Origin: Hypanus sabinus
Lineage: Eukaryota
Direction: 5' to 3'
Assembly (NCBI RefSeq): GCF_030144855.1
Contig: NC_082736.1
Span: 6,262,001 to 6,326,000, forward strand
DNA length: 64,000 nucleotides
Shown here: one piece after another, positions 23,310 to 37,805 of the stretch
Layout: every line of letters begins with the position of its first letter
Numbering within the stretch: the stretch's first letter is position 1
Notes under the pieces: generated by a model
Databases searched by the model: none
Told to the model about the DNA's origin: nothing
The model's input: the letters and a program-made list of their open reading frames with translations, nothing else
Program-made: the position numbers and the translations under genes

Positions 23310-25137
23310 TGTAGCGGTGTGCTACATGCAACGCTGAAATAACGACCCGTAGTCGGTGAGCTGCAGTTGCAAAAGAGGTTTATTCAAACTTGACAGCCTC
23401 GCTTAAAAACCTTCCTGTTCCTGCCCTCCCCGGGCAGGAATACTGTAGGGGACGTCTATTCACAGTCCTGTCGGGCGTGCGGGCGTTTCCTCTTGCTGGT
23501 GAAGCAGGCCTGGCGCCCTTTTTGGGACCGTCCTCAATGCCGGCGCTCGCCACTTTGTGAGCTGTTTCGAGTGCGCTGGGAAGTGGGTCGCCACACATAA
23601 ACCCCCCCCCCTCCACCCCAGAACCAGCGATACACCCCCCCAGTGTCCTCAATCTGGGTCGGATGCTTTCGTGAACGTAAAGGTAAGAGGGTTGTGGTCC
23701 GTGAACGCGGTAAAGGGCCTACCTTCTAAGAAGTACCTGAAATGCCAGATTGGCAGGTTATTGCGCCAACAGTTCCCGGTCGAAAGCACTGTATTTGAGT
23801 TCGGGTGGTCATAAGTGTTTGCGGAAAAACGCCAGGGGTTGCCAGCGACCCTCGATGAGTTATTCCAGCACTCCATCGACTGCTGTGTTAGATGCGTCCA
23901 CTGTGAAGGCGGTAGGGACGTCCGTTCTGAGGTGCACTAGCATCTCGGCGTTTGTCAAGGCTTCTTTGGTTTTAATGAAAGCGGCGGCGGACTCCTCATC
24001 CCTTGTCTGTCCTTGCCTTTACCCGACGTCAGGGCGAACAGTGGGCGCATGATTCGGGCTGTTGAAGGGAGGAAGCGGTGGTAGAAATTTACCATACCCA
24101 CAAATTCCTAAAGGCCTTTGGTTATGTTGGGTCGGGGGAAATGACGGACCGCGTCTTCCTTGGCGGGCAGAGGGCTTGCCCCGTCTTTAGTAATCCTGTG
24201 GCCCAGGAAGTCGATGGTGTCGAGCCGGACCTGGCATTTGGCCGGGTTGATTGTCAGGCCGTATTCACTCAGTCGGGTGCAGAGTTGACGGAGGTGGGAC
24301 AGATGCTCCTGACGACTACTGCTGGCTATCAGGATGTCATTCAAATAGATGAAAGCGAAGTCCAGGTTGCGTTCCACCGCGTCCATTAACCGCTGAAACG
24401 TCTGTGCGGCATTCTTTAGGCCGAACGGCATGCGGAGGAATGCGAAAGGGGTGATGAGTGCAGTTTTGGGGACGTCGTCCGGATGCATCGGGATTTGATG
24501 GTATCCCCGGACAAGGTCTACCTCGGAGAAGATCCGTGCGCCGTGCAGGTTTGCTGCAAAGTCCTGAATGTGCGGCATAGGGTAGCGGTCCGGTGTGGTA
24601 GCCTCGTTCAGCTTGCGGTAGTTGCCGCATGGTCTCCAGCCCCCTGTTGCTTTGGGCACCATGTGCAGGGGGGAGGCCCATGGGCTGTCGGACCGCTGTA
24701 TGATCCCCAATTCCTCCATCCTCTTGAACTCCTCCTTTGCCAGTCAGAGCTTGTCCGGGGGAAGCCTTCGAGCACGGGGTGGTCCTTGTAACGGGATGTG
24801 GTGCTGTACGCCGTGCCTGGGCATGGCTGCCGTGAACTGCGGCGCCGGAACCGATGGGAAACCTGCCAGGACTCTGCTGAAGTCGTTGTCGGACAGCGTG
24901 ATGGAGTCTAGGTGTGGGGCCGGCAACTGGGCTTCACCCAGGGAGAACGTTTGAAAGGTCTCTGCGTGGACCAGTCTCTTCCTTGGCAGGTTGACCAGTA
25001 GGCTGTGAGCTCGCAAAAAATCTGCTCCCAGGAGTGGTTGGACTACGGCGGCCAGTGTGAAGTTCCAGTGCCGAACTGTAGCCGCACCGTATGGGTGCCG
25101 TAGGTCCTTCCTGTGCTGCCTTTCGCGGCACTCAGGG
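23310..25137 (-). mobile_element. Gypsy LTR retrotransposon: 3' LTR plus internally deleted pol
   Basis: LTR 23310-23595 (TG...CA) adjacent to a G-rich PPT; [36 protein letters not shown]; RNase H FRYFLEGRPFTAFTDHNPL; integrase mostly deleted. Confidence 0.92.
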
Positions 25138-25139
25138 TT

Positions 25140-27530
25140 ATAAATTTCATTAATTCACCACCCTCTGGCTAAGGAATTTCTCTGCATTTCTGTTTTAAAT
25201 GGACAGCCCTCTATCCTGTGTTTGTGCCTTCTCATCCTAGACTCTCCCACCATAGGAAGCATCCTTTCCACATCTACTCAGTCTAGGCCTTTCACCATTC
25301 AAAATGAGATCCACCGCCCCCCCCCCCCCCAATCCTTCTAAATTCTAGCGAATACAGACCCAGAGTTATCAAATATTCCTCGTATGAAAACCGTTTCATT
25401 ACCAGAATCACCCTTGTGAACCTCTTCTGAACCCTTATGCACGACCATGCATTTTCCAACAATGTATTTCCTTTGCCATTGTCTTGCCAATTCTCCTAAT
25501 CTGTCAAAGTACTTCTACAGCCTACCTGTTTCCTGAACAGTACCTGCCCTTCTTGTCACCTGCAAACTTGCAACAAATCCATCTATTCCACCGTTTAAAT
25601 AATTGATAAACAGAAGTGGTCCCAACACCAACCCCTGCGGAACACCACTACTCACTGGCAGCCAACCGGAAAGGATCCTTTTATTCCCACTTGCTGACTT
25701 GCTGCCTTCTACCAATCAGCCAATGTTCTAACCACGTCAGTAACTTTCCTGTAATACCATGGGCTGTTAACTTGGTAAGCAGCCTCATGTGTGGCACCTT
25801 GTCAAAGGACTTTTGAAAGTCCAAATATATGACATCCGTTGCATCCCCTTTATTTATCCTGCGTGTAATCTCTCCAAAGAATTCCAACAGGTTCATTAGG
25901 CAAGACTTCCCCTGAAGGAAACCATGCTGACTTTGTCCTTTCTTGTCCTGTCTTTCCAATGCTCCATAACCTCATCCTTAACAATTAACTCCAGCATCTT
26001 TCCAACCACTGAAGTCAGACTAACTGGTCTATAATTTCCTTTCTGCCGCCTTCCTCCTTTCTTAAAGAGTGGAGTGGCATTTGCAATTTTCCAGTCCCCT
26101 AGCACCATGCCAGAGTCCAATACGCCTTGAAAGATAATTACTAATGGCACCACAAGCTCTACTGCTACCTCTGTCAGAATCCTAGGGTCCAGTTCATCTG
26201 GTCCAGGTGACTTATATACCCTCAGGTCTTTCAGCTTTTTGAGCACCTTTCCCTTATAATAATAACTGCACTCCCTTCTCTCCCCTCACTCCCTTCAACA
26301 TCTGGCACATGGCTAGTAACTTCCACTAATGCAAAGTACTCATTTAGTTCATCTGCCATCTCCGCCTCTGCCCCCCCCCACCCCATTATTATTCTTCTGG
26401 CCTGATTTTCTAGCAATCCAGTATCCAGTCTCAGCTCTCCTTTATGTTTTACATACTTGAAAAAGCTTCAACGATCCACTTTGATAATATTTGCTTGCAT
26501 ATTTAATCTTTATCCTCTTTAGGTTGCTCTCTGTAAGGTGTTAGAAGCTTCCCAATCCTCTGTATTCTGACTATTTTTTTCTTTGTTTTATGCCCTCCCT
26601 TTTGGTTTTACATTAGCTTTGACTTCCTTTTCAGCCACAGTTGTACTATTTTGCCATTTGAGTATTTATTTGTTTCTGGAATACGCTTATCCTGGACTCA
26701 AGTTGAACTCAATGATATTGTGATCACTGCCTCCTAAGGGTTCTTTTACCTTAAGTTCCCTGATTGCCTCCTGTTCATTAAATAACACACAGTCCAGTAT
26801 AGCTGATTCCCTCGTAGGCTCAACGACAAACTGCTCTAAAAAGCCATCTCTTAGGCATTCAACAAACTCTCTCTCTTGAGATCTATTTCCAACCTGATTC
26901 TCCCAATTGACCTGGTTGTTGAAATCTCCCATGAAATCTCCAATAACATTGCCTTTTGACATGCCTTTTCCATTTCCTGTTGTAATCTGTGGTCCACATC
27001 CAAACAACTGTTGGCAGCCTGTTTATAACTGCATCAGTGTCCTTTTACACTTGCAGATTTTTTAAACTCTACTCGCAATGATTCAACATCTTCCGATCCA
27101 ATGGCTCATCTTCCTACTGATTTGATACCATTCTTTACCAGCAGAGCCATGCCATCCCCATTGCCTACCTTCCTGTCCCTCTGATATGTCTAAATTGGGC
27201 ATTTAGCTCTCAACTATAAATATTTTTCAGCCGTGATTCAGTGATGATCACATTATACAGGACAATCCGTTAGAGGGCAATAAGATTATCCACCTTATTT
27301 TTTATATTCTGTGCATTGAGGTACAACACTTCAAGTATTGGATTTGCTGCCCTTATTGATTCTGCATCCCTCTGCTGGCTGCAGTTATGTCCTATCATCA
27401 GCTCGCTCTTCCTGACAGTGTGACTGCATGCTATCTTTTCTTTCTTTACCAACTGTACTATCCTAAGTACTTTCATGCCAGTTCTCACGCCCCTGCCAAA
27501 TCAGTTTATACCCTCCCCAACAGCTCTAAC
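25140..27530 (-). mobile_element. degenerate CR1 LINE (endonuclease plus RT)
   Basis: LYLNAQNIKNK, MGDFN, GGSDHN, KSPGPDELDPRIL, NYRPVSLTS, QHGFLQGKSC, GVPQGLVLGP. Confidence 0.9.
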
Positions 27531-28721
27531 AAACCAGCAGTACGCACACAAGAAAATAAATCCCGGGGTTGCGTATGATGACAGAAATGTATTTTGATAT
27601 TACATTTACTTTCAGCTTTGAACTTTGTAGTCGAGAGCCGGGTGTTGTACTGGTCTGTGTCCTCACTGGCCGGTGCTGTGCTCTGGCAGCTCAGTTTGCT
27701 TGGAATACAGTGTCAGTGTTTTTACAGAAGTGTGTCCTCATTACACAATTGATCTTGTCCACCCTGGAGTTTGGAAGATTGACTGGAGACCAGAATGATT
27801 TTTTCAGACTCTTATTGGTCACAGGATCATTCTGGGATGGTCTGGACTATCTGACCCATCAAGTTTAAACCAACTCCACTACAACATTTCCACAGTCCCA
27901 TTCCCCACTCTGTCCCCACAGCTCTGCTGGTTATTTCCCCTGAAGGACCTGTCTAATTCCTCTTTGAACACTGGTTGTTCCCGCCACCACTCTGGTGAGT
28001 CCCATATTTCCCAAGGCAAAGTCAAGAATGTCTCCCTCCCTGGTGGACCATCTACATACTGTTTCAGGAAACCTTGCTGAACACATTTAACAAATAATGC
28101 CCCATCCAAGTCTCAGGTGGTAAGGGAGTCCCAGTCACTCTGGGGAGATTATTCACTCAGCAAAGCTACTCTGTTGTTTTTACATCAGCCCATAACCTGC
28201 CGACATATCTGTTCCTCTCTCTTACTGGCTGTTTGGAGCCCGACAGTACAATCCCATCACAGTGATTGCACTCTTCTTATTCCTGAGTTCTACCCGCATT
28301 GTCTTACTGGATGAGCCTCTGGGATGACCTTGAATTTGTGACATTCTGCCTGATCAGCAGTACAGCTCCCCAGCCTCATTCACCTCCCTCTGGACTGTCT
28401 GAATCCGAATCCTGGAATGTTTCGCTACCAGTCCTGCCCTTCTCTGTAATGGCTGAATCACTGTGCCATGTACTATTCCAGGCTCTAAGTACGTCTGCAT
28501 TAACTGTTCCACACCCGGCACTGACACAAACACACTTCAGCCCCTCGGTGCCACTGTGCTCATTAACTATGCAGTGGTGTACTGGGCAAATGGCATCAAC
28601 ACGGGTTGAAGTCATTCGGACCCTCGGCTCTGTAATGACTCAACCTATAGCCGGGGAAGTGACGACACCCCTCATCTTAGTCTGTTTGCGGTAAATTTTT
28701 CTTCTTTCTCTTATTTCTAAT

Positions 28722-29626
28722 AGAAACATAAAAAAATAGTTGCAGGAGTAGGCCATTCGTCCCTTCGAGCCTGCAACGCCATTCAATATGATCATGGCTG
28801 ATCATCCAACTCAGAACCCTGTACCTGCTTTCTCTCCATACCCCCGATCCCTTTAGCAACAAGGGCCATATCTAACTTCCTCTTAAATATAGCCAATGAA
28901 CTGGCCTCAACTGTTGCCTGTGGCAGAGAATTCCATAGATTCACCACTCTCTGTGTGAAGAAGTTTCTCCTCATCTCGGTCCTAAAAGGCTTCCCCTTTA
29001 TCCTTAAACTGTGACCCCTCGTTCTGGACTTCCCCAACATCGGAAACAATGTTCCTACATCTAGCCTGTCCAATCCCTTTAGAATTTTATACGTTTTAAT
29101 AAGATCCCCCCTCAATCTTCTAAATTCCAGTGAGTATAAGCCTAGTCGATCCAGTCTTTCTTCATATGAAAGTCCTGCCATCCCAGGAATCAATCTGGTG
29201 AACCTTCTCTGTACTCCCTCTATGGCAAGAATGTCTTTCCTCAGATTAGGGGACTAGAACTGCACACAATATTCTAGGTGCAGTCTCACCAAGGTCTTGT
29301 ACAACTGCGGTAGAACCTCCCTGCTCCTGTACTCAAATCCTTTTGCTATGACATACCATTTGCCTTTTTCACCGCCTGCTGTACCTGCATGCCCACCTTC
29401 AATGACTGGTGTACAATGACACCCAGGTCTCGTTGCATCTCTCCTTTTCCTAATCGGCCACCATTCAGATAATAATCTGTTTTCCTGTTCTTGCAACCAA
29501 AGTGGATAACCTCACATTTATCCACATTAAATTGCATCTGCCATGAATTTGCCCACTCAACTAACCTATCCAAGTCACCCTGCATCCTCTGAGCATCCTC
29601 CTCACAGCTAACACCGCCGTCCAGCT
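28722..29626 (-). mobile_element. CR1 LINE 3' fragment
   Basis: WQMQFNVDKCEVIHFG, LEYCVQF, LGLYSLEFRRLRGDLI, FFTQRVVNLWNSLP. Confidence 0.92.
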
Positions 29627-29767
29627 TTCCTCCCACTGTCCAAAGACAAATCGGTTAGTTGGTTAATTGGTTGTTGCAAATTGCCACACGACTAGACTAG
29701 GGTTAAATTGGAGGCTGCTAAGTGGTGGTGCTCGAAGGCCTGTTCCATGCTTTATCTCTAAATAAAA
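29626..29767 (+). mobile_element. V-SINE (HE1-like) 3' fragment
   Basis: TTTCCTCCCACTGTCCAAAGAC...GGTTAATTGG resembles the V-domain; ends in GGCCTGTTCCATGC..CTAAATAAAA tail. Confidence 0.6.
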
Positions 29768-30904
29768 TATTCCTATAAACACTAAAACCTATTTTGTAAA
29801 TTTTGTCCATCGCAGATAAAGACCTTCCTCCCACTGAGCATATCTACACAAAATGCTATTGCAGGAAAGCAGCATTCATCAGGAACCCCCACCACCCAGG
29901 ACAAGCTCTCCTCTCTTTGCTGCCATCAAGGAGTTGGTCAGAGAGCCTCAGGGACCACAACACCGCGTTCAGGAAAAGTTATCATCAGCCCCCTCAGCCA
30001 AAAGGGATAACATCACTTGCCCCATCACTGAGTTCTTCCCACAGTCTATGAACTCATCTTCAAGGACTCCATCCCATGCTCTCAATATTTATTGTTTGTT
30101 TATTTATTTTTCTTTTCTATTTGTATTTACGGAGCTTGTTGCCTTTTGCACATCAGTTGTTTGTCTGTCCTGTTGGGTGCAGTCTTTTAATGATTCTATT
30201 GTTTTTAGTTTTTACTGTGAATGTCCTTAGGGTTGTATATGGTGACATATGCATTGATAATAAACTTATCCTGAACTTTGAAAATACACCAACTTTGAGC
30301 ATCATTGATTATTAACAAAATATCATAAAGTCCCTTTGAGGAAATAATTTTAAGAAATTTTGATATTCTGATATTTTATCTGGAAATTATATACAAGATG
30401 TAATACAGCACACAGGAACTTGCTATTCAGCCCAGTCAGGCTGGAATTTATGCCTCACAAACCTTCTCAACATTTCTCCATTTAATTATCATTTCTAGCA
30501 CTCTCTCTTTCAAATACTTAAGCATTTCAAAGGACTTCAAAGACTTGCATACATTATTGTGATTGCCACATCACAAAAAATAAGTAATGCTAGTTCAGAG
30601 ATCTAGATATATAGATAGTTTTAAAGGCTTTATTTAGGAAGTTTCCTGATCCTTCCCCACTCAAAAGTAGGCATAACAAGCCTATCATCAGTACTTCTTG
30701 ACTAAAAACTCATGAACCTTTCCCAATTGCTCCATTAAAGACCAAAAATTGTGTTGTTTCTTTCAGATCCATTTTTAAAAATTAAATGTAAATTTGAGGC
30801 CTACCTGGTAGTTGTTTATCTGTGCACTTGTAGTGCTATTGAGACACTGTAATTTATCTATTTGGACTTACTTTCTGTGTTGATCCACATCCATCAACTC
30901 CACT

Positions 30905-31305
30905 ACTGACCTTTCACTCTTCCCAACTCCTCTCCTGAAAGAGAGCCCAATGATCCATGTAACAAAAATCCTCCGTCATGCACCAGCTTGTGAGCCACAT
31001 ATATAACTGTACCACCTTTTTCTTTCTTCCCGCGCTAGCAGGTGACACTGGGATTACCCCCCTCCTCACCACAGAGTTTCTACTTAATTTTTTCCCCAAC
31101 TCCCTCAGTCCCTTTGTCTCTTTTGTTAAAACCAATATGGACACGACCTCTGGCTGCTCACCCTGGCCTTTCAGAATGGCCTGTACTTGTTCAGTTACAT
31201 CCTTGGCCCTGGTACCAGGGAGGTAATGCACCATCCTGCAGTCTCTCTCCATGCCACAGATACACCTGTCTGACCCCGGCTAAAGACTCCCCCATCACTG
31301 AGGCT
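30905..31305 (-). mobile_element. CR1 ORF1 (SGNH esterase-like) remnant
   Basis: MVHYLPGTRAKDVTEQVQAILKGQGEQPEVV ... YMDHWALF. Confidence 0.65.
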
Positions 31306-34139
31306 CACCAAGAACACAGAACAGTACAGCACAGGAACAGGCCCTTCTTCCCATGATGTCTGTGCTGAACACGATGTCAAATGAAACTAAATCTCTTCTG
31401 CCTGTGTATAATTCATGTGCTTCAATTCTCTGAATATTCATGGCTTATCTAAAACCCTGTTAAATGTCATTATTATATCTACTTCCACCACTCCCTATGG
31501 CAACCCGTACTCGGCCCTCACCACTCGCTGTATGGAAACAGAAATCTTACCTGCCCTGAAATACACTTTTAAATTCTCACCCTGGCATTTCAAAGCTGTG
31601 CCTTCTCATATTTGATATTTCTACCCAGTGGAAGTGATTCTGACTGTCTACCTTGTCTACACCTCTCATAGTTTTATAAACTTCTGTCAGGTCTCCCCTC
31701 AGCCTACTTCACTCCAGGGAAAACAGTCCCAGTCAGTCTGATCTTTCCTTGTAACTCAAGCCCCCAGTCCAGGTTCCATTCCTGTGAATCGTTTCTGCGT
31801 CTTTCCAGCTTAATCACATCCTTCCTCTCGTGGTGACCAGAACTGTACAGGGTACTCCTGGTGTGGTGTAATTATTGATTTGTACAACTGTGATGTGATG
31901 TCCCAACTGCTCTCAGAGCCTTTGCCAATGAAGGTAAGCATGTCGTGCTCCTTCTTCACCACCTTGTCTACCTGTGTTGGCACTTTCGGGGAACTATGTA
32001 CCTGTGCCTCAGGTTTATCTTTTCATCAACACTCCTCAGGACCCTGCCATTCACTGGGTATGTCCTGACCTGCTTTAAGTTCCCAAAATCCATCAATGTG
32101 CATTTGTTTGACACTGTAACAACACTGCTCTGTTTCTCTGCACTAATGCCCTAGCAATAAATGTCAATGAACCATTCACCTCTGAACTTTGGTCATATAT
32201 GGTCTTATGAACCCCTCACTGCACCCGTCTCTATTTTGTTGTGCAGGCAACACCTCAACACTCCAGCAGTTATGTCATCCCAGCCTGAAACAGACCTGTT
32301 ATTCTGTCTCAGTATGATAACCAGTCTTCAGTCAATATCAACACACTTCCTTCCCAGTACTGAGCTCTGGTCTTGTGCACCAGCCTTTCATGTGGTACCT
32401 TGGCAAATGGCTCCTGAAAATCCAAAATCACCACTTCTCCAACTTCCCCTGTAAAGTCTCAAATCTCTGGTATGTTTGTCAAACATGACTTAACATTCGG
32501 TAACCCAGGTTACAGGGACAAAAACCAGGTTCCAGATGGACAGGGTGGTGACAAGGCTTTTGCAACACTGGCCTTCAGGCAGGGCACCGGATATAGAAGC
32601 TGGGATGGAATGGTGCGGTTGTACAACACGTTGGTTTGGCCGCATTTCATAAATAGTGTTTAGTTTTAGTGATCATGCAATATGACAGGCACCATTGAGC
32701 TGGAAAGAGTGCAGAGGTGATTTACGGGGATGTTGCTGGATCTCGAAGGACTGATTTGTGAGAAGCGTTTTGGATCATTTTCCTTGGAAAGTTGGAGAAT
32801 GAGTGGCAATATTGCAGAGGTGTATAAAATAATAAGCGGCCTTGGTTGAGTCAAAGATAACAATATTTTTTTCAATCAAGAACTGAAGAGCATTGGTTTG
32901 AGATGAGATTTAATAGGAACCTGAAGGGCAACTTTTCCCACACACAGGCTGGTCAGTGTATGGAGTGAGCTGCCGGGGGGGTGGTTGAGTCAGGTATATT
33001 TAAGAAAAGTACTTGGACAGGTAGATGGGAAGGAAAGGTTTTGAAGGATATGGGATAAGGAGGAGGATAGCCTTGTTCTTAATGTGGTGGTGAGGAGGTT
33101 ACAGACCACAAGCTCAGATGGGAACTTTGGTCAGTGTGGACCATTTGAGCTGATGGGCTCGTTTCTGTGCTGTGTGAATCTGACTGTAAACCCTGTTGAC
33201 TCAGTTCAATCACATTAAACTTTTCTAAATGACTTGTTATTTCTTCACAGATTACAGACTCCAGTAGCTGAAGTGAAGTTAACTGGACTACAGTCAGCTG
33301 CTTTTTATCTTCCACCCTTCTTCAACAATGGTTTTCAACTCCACTGGGACCTTTCCGTAACAGTGAGTTTTGACAGACTTCAGTGTCTCTACTTTCTCTC
33401 CAGGCTTCAGTGCTGGTCGTTGGGACCTGGAAATGTTTGCTTTTAGTCCCATTAGTTTCACACTTGTGATGATGATTGTTACACATTATGGCACAATGTT
33501 GAAATGTCACTGTTAGATATCTCTGGGATGTTTGCTGTGTCCCCACTGTGAACACTAATTAAAATTACTGAGTTAACCTATCTGCTTTTTCCTTGTTAGT
33601 TTTAGCTTTTGTCTCATCATTGGTTCCTGGAAAAATCCTGATCCTCTTTTCTACTGCCAACCCTTGCCTCTTTTTATGCTCTTTGATTTAATGTTTCCCT
33701 TGACCTTCATTGACCACAGAATGTTCTTTGCTCTCTGTGATCCCTCTGTAGAATCGGGATCAACGTCTGCTGACTGTTATGAACAGTCTCCTTAAACGTT
33801 GCCACTGCTCATTACTGACCTGTCCCTAAGCATATTTACCCCATCTGCCCCAGACAACGCCACTGTCACGTCTCTGTAATTGCCTTTATTTAGGTTGAGG
33901 ACACTGGTTCTGGACCCTTGTGTTCACCCTCAATCTGTGGTCTGGAGTTCACCCACATTGTGATCACTTCTTCTGGGATACTTCACCACAAGATCTCTCT
34001 GTAATCCCACCTCATTACACAGATTACATATGAGATGTCTTGTTCCTGGGTAAGGTCCTGCTGTAAGAAACTGTCTCTGACCACTCGACAAATTCCTCTT
34101 TGACTCTACCAGTTTGATCAGCTTAATCAACACACAGAC

Positions 34140-34655
34140 TGACACAAGCACGCACAAAATACTGCAGGAACTCAGCAAAGAGTCAACATTTCGGGCTGAG
34201 ATCTTTTTTCAGGATTAGAAAGAAAGGGACAAAAGCCAGAATAAGGTGCTGGGGAGGGGGGGGGAGGGGGAGGAGGACAGGTGAGTGGGGGCGGGGGTTG
34301 TTTTGCGGAGGGATGATGATGCGAAGACCTGGGTGACAGACAGGAAAGGCAAAGAGATGAAGAGGAAGGAATCCAGTAGGAGAGAACGTTGAACCATGGG
34401 ATGACACGAAGGAGGTGGAGAACCAGAGAGAGTTGATGGGCTGGTCATGACAGTGCGTGAGGAGAGGTGAAGGGGGTCAATGGCACCAGAATGGGGGGAA
34501 AAGTCAGAAGAAAAATAGTAGTTCAGTGAATGTGTGCAAACAGAGGGCAGTGATTTCTGAAATTTGGAGAAATTAATATCAGAATATGAGATGTTGCTCG
34601 TCCAACCTGCAGTTGGCCTCATCGTAGCAGGAGAGGAGGCCATGGACAGACACGT
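34140..34655 (-). mobile_element. Penelope-like 3' fragment with dead hammerhead
   Basis: GIY-YIG C-terminal remnant, purine-rich UTR, hammerhead relic at 34181-34216. Confidence 0.7.
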
Positions 34656-35496
34656 TAGTGAAGGCCCTCTGCTGTGTCAGGGTTGACCATGGATATTGTA
34701 CCCTCGACGTGAAAGTCAATATCCAAGCCAGGGTAGTACGATACGTAACGCAAGCTGTTGCCCATGCAGGGGCTCCTGCTCTCCATGCAGCTGATGAATC
34801 CGGATCAACGGCAGAGACCGATGGGGTCAGGCACCAATGGTATCACAGGATTGCCAGTCTGCATTGAACATCGGATCGACAGGGAATCCAGCTCTGGATT
34901 GTTCCTCAGTGTTTATTCTTGAAGTCCTCCCCATGAATGGGTCTAGCCTCAAGCCGGTAGAGGTTTCAGATCAGAATTTTCCTTCCACTAGATGAGCTGC
35001 CAGCCGTGGGTGAAAGCCCCATCTGCCCATAGCAGTTAGTTATATGATGCCAATAAACCCATTTAGACCCTCCCCTGTCACTAAGAAAGAGTTTGTCAAG
35101 CTTCGTAGCTAAGCCATATGTAAAAGCCAGGTTGACAGGCAATTTGAAGCAATAATTTATAGGAAGTGACAGCTTGTCCCCATTACCGCCCCACCACTGG
35201 TTAAGATACCTGTAAGGCACCAATATGTCAGTATGTGAATGGGAAATGGAACTAGAATACATTGCCACTGGCAGATTGTTGTTGTTGCAGCTCACAGAGC
35301 AAAGGTACTCGATGTTGTGGTACATCAATCTGCTTCCGATTAAATCTCTCATGACAATCACTGCTCCATTCTCATCTCTCTTTGATATTTCCTCTTTTGT
35401 GCTTTATCCCATCGGGAGGAACACCTGAGGATCTTGCGACCACTCCTCCCCGTGTCTTCTTTCCCTCCCCTTTCCACATCACTGTCCCTACATGTA

Positions 35497-37032
35497 AGGT
35501 ACCTATGAAAAGTATTCATGCTGCTTTAAAGTTTTCATGTTTTAATGTTTTACAACTTTGAATGACAGTGGATTGAATTTGGCATTTGTTTGACTGATCA
35601 AGAGAAAAAGACTTGTGTCAAAGTGAAAACAGATCTCCACAATTAATTTAATTACTGATATAAAACACAAAATAATTGACTGTATAAATATTCACCCCCA
35701 AATCATCACTGGTACAGTTTTAGGAATTACATTATCAGTTAAGTGGAGGTCTCTGTGGGAGTCAAGGTGTTTCAATTGATTGTAGTAAATATACACGACT
35801 GTTGGTAGTCAGTATCCTGGGAGAAACTACACCATAAAAACAAATTAACACTCTGAGCAGTTCTGCAAAAAGGTAATTGAAAAACACAATTCAGGAGATG
35901 GATACAAGAAAATTTTCAAGTCACTGAATACCCGTTGGAGTACAGTTAAGTCACTCATCCTGAAATGGAAAGAATATGGCAGAGCTGTAAATCTGCCAGG
36001 ATTAGGCCATCCTCAAAAACTGAGTGACTGTGCAAGAAGGGGACGAGTGAGGGAGGCCATCAAGAGACCTATGATAACTCTCGAGAAGTCACAAGGCTGA
36101 GATGGGAGAGACTGTGTATACAAGAAATGTTGCCCAGATGCTTCACCTGTCAGAGCTTTTTGGGAGAGTGGCAAAGAGAAAGCCATTGTTGAAAAAAGCT
36201 CTCATGAAATCTCACCTGGAGTTTGCCAGAAGACTCTGAAGTCAACTGGAAGAAGGTTCTATAGTCTGATGAAACAAAATTGACCTTTTTGGCCATCAGA
36301 TTAAACACTTAGTTTGGCGCAAGACAAACACCGCACAGCATCAAAAACACACCATCCCAGCCTGGTGAGGCTGCATCTTGCTGTGGGGATGTTTCACTGC
36401 AGCAGTTCCTGAAAGGCTCATAAAAGTAGAGGGTAAAATGAATGCAGACAAATACAGTGAAATCTTGGAGGAAAACCTAATTCAGTCTGCAAGTGAACTG
36501 TGACTTAGGAGAAGATTCATATTCCAGCAGGAGAATGACCTCAAGTATAAAACCAAAACTGCACAGGAATGACTTAAGACCAAAGTTAATGTCCTGGAGT
36601 GGCCAAGTCAGAGTCCAGACCTCAATCCATTTGAGAATTTGTATCTGGACTTGAAAAGATCTGTTCACTCATGGACCGCATGCAATCTGACAGAGCTTCA
36701 GCAGTTTTGTAAAGAATGGGGAAAATTTTCAGTGTCCAGATGTGTAAAGCTGATAAAGACCTATCCACACAGAGCCAACGGTAATTACTGACAAAGGTGC
36801 ATCAACTTGACTTGAAGGAGGTGAATACCAATGCAATTAAATTATTTTGTGTTTTATATTTGCAATTAATTAGATCACTTTGTAAAGATCTGTTTTTCAC
36901 TTTGACACCAGGGAGTCCATTCTGCTGATCAGTGTGGGAAAATAAAGCCAAATTAAATCCACTGTGAATCAACGTTGCAAAACAATAAACATGAGAACCT
37001 CCAAAGGAGACTGAATATTTTTGATGGCACTG
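35497..37032 (+). mobile_element. Tc1/mariner (IR/DR type) DNA transposon, degenerate
   Basis: ~200-bp TIRs, TA flanks (35495-35496, 37033-37034), transposase remnants SDETK, FQQEND, EWPSQSPDLNPFENL. Confidence 0.92.
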
Positions 37033-37244
37033 TATCCACAGCACGTTATGATCAAATCCACCCTGCTCCTTTCCATTTTGCCGATTCCATGTGGATCATT
37101 AAACGTAGGACTGCCAGATTCCCAGTCCAAGTCTCTGTAACCATGTCCCTGCATTAGCTGGTAGATCCAACATATTCGCCAGTACCCAATATGGAACAGA
37201 TGGCAACCTGCCCTTCAGTCCACAATATCTGCACCAATCATAAC

Positions 37245-37805
37245 AGTGTTGAGACTTTATAAAGTACTGGTGAGGTCTCACTGGAGTATTGTGAGCATTT
37301 GTGGGCCCTTTATCTTAGGAAGGATGAGCTGAAACTGGATGCGTTTCAAAGGAGATTCTCAAAATTGACTCCAGGATGAAACAACTTGGCATATGAAGAG
37401 CTTTTGATTGCTCTGGGCCTGTACTCACTGGAATTTAGGTCAATGAGGGCTGACCTAATTGAAACCTATCGAATGGTGAAAGGCCTTGATAAAGTGGATG
37501 TGCGGAGGATGGGAGTGTCTGAGACCAGAGGACGCAGCCTCAGAATAGAGCATTGTAGAATGTGGAGATGAGGAATTGCTTTAGCCAGAGAGTGGTGAAT
37601 CTGTGGAATTTGTTGCATCGGGCAACTGTGGAGCCAAGACTTTATGTATATTTAAGGCAGAGGTTGGTAGATTCTTGATTGGTCAGATCATGAAGGATTA
37701 CAGAGAGAAGGCAGGGGATTGGGGCTTTGAGGGAAAATGGATTAGCCATGATGAAATGACGGAGCAGGTTTGATGGGCCTAATGGCCTAATTCTGATCCT
37801 ATATC
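37245..37805 (+). mobile_element. CR1 LINE 3' fragment
   Basis: LGLYSLEFRSMRADLIETYRMVKGLD plus CR1 3' UTR. Confidence 0.8.

Noticed and set aside
11427-34216. Hammerhead copies at 11427, 16449 and 34181 as active ribozymes
   Set aside because: Core or cleavage-triplet substitutions (CU>GG; GUC>GGC; G8>A) predict inactivity; the same applies to 38455 (G12>A) and the 60167/60205 pair
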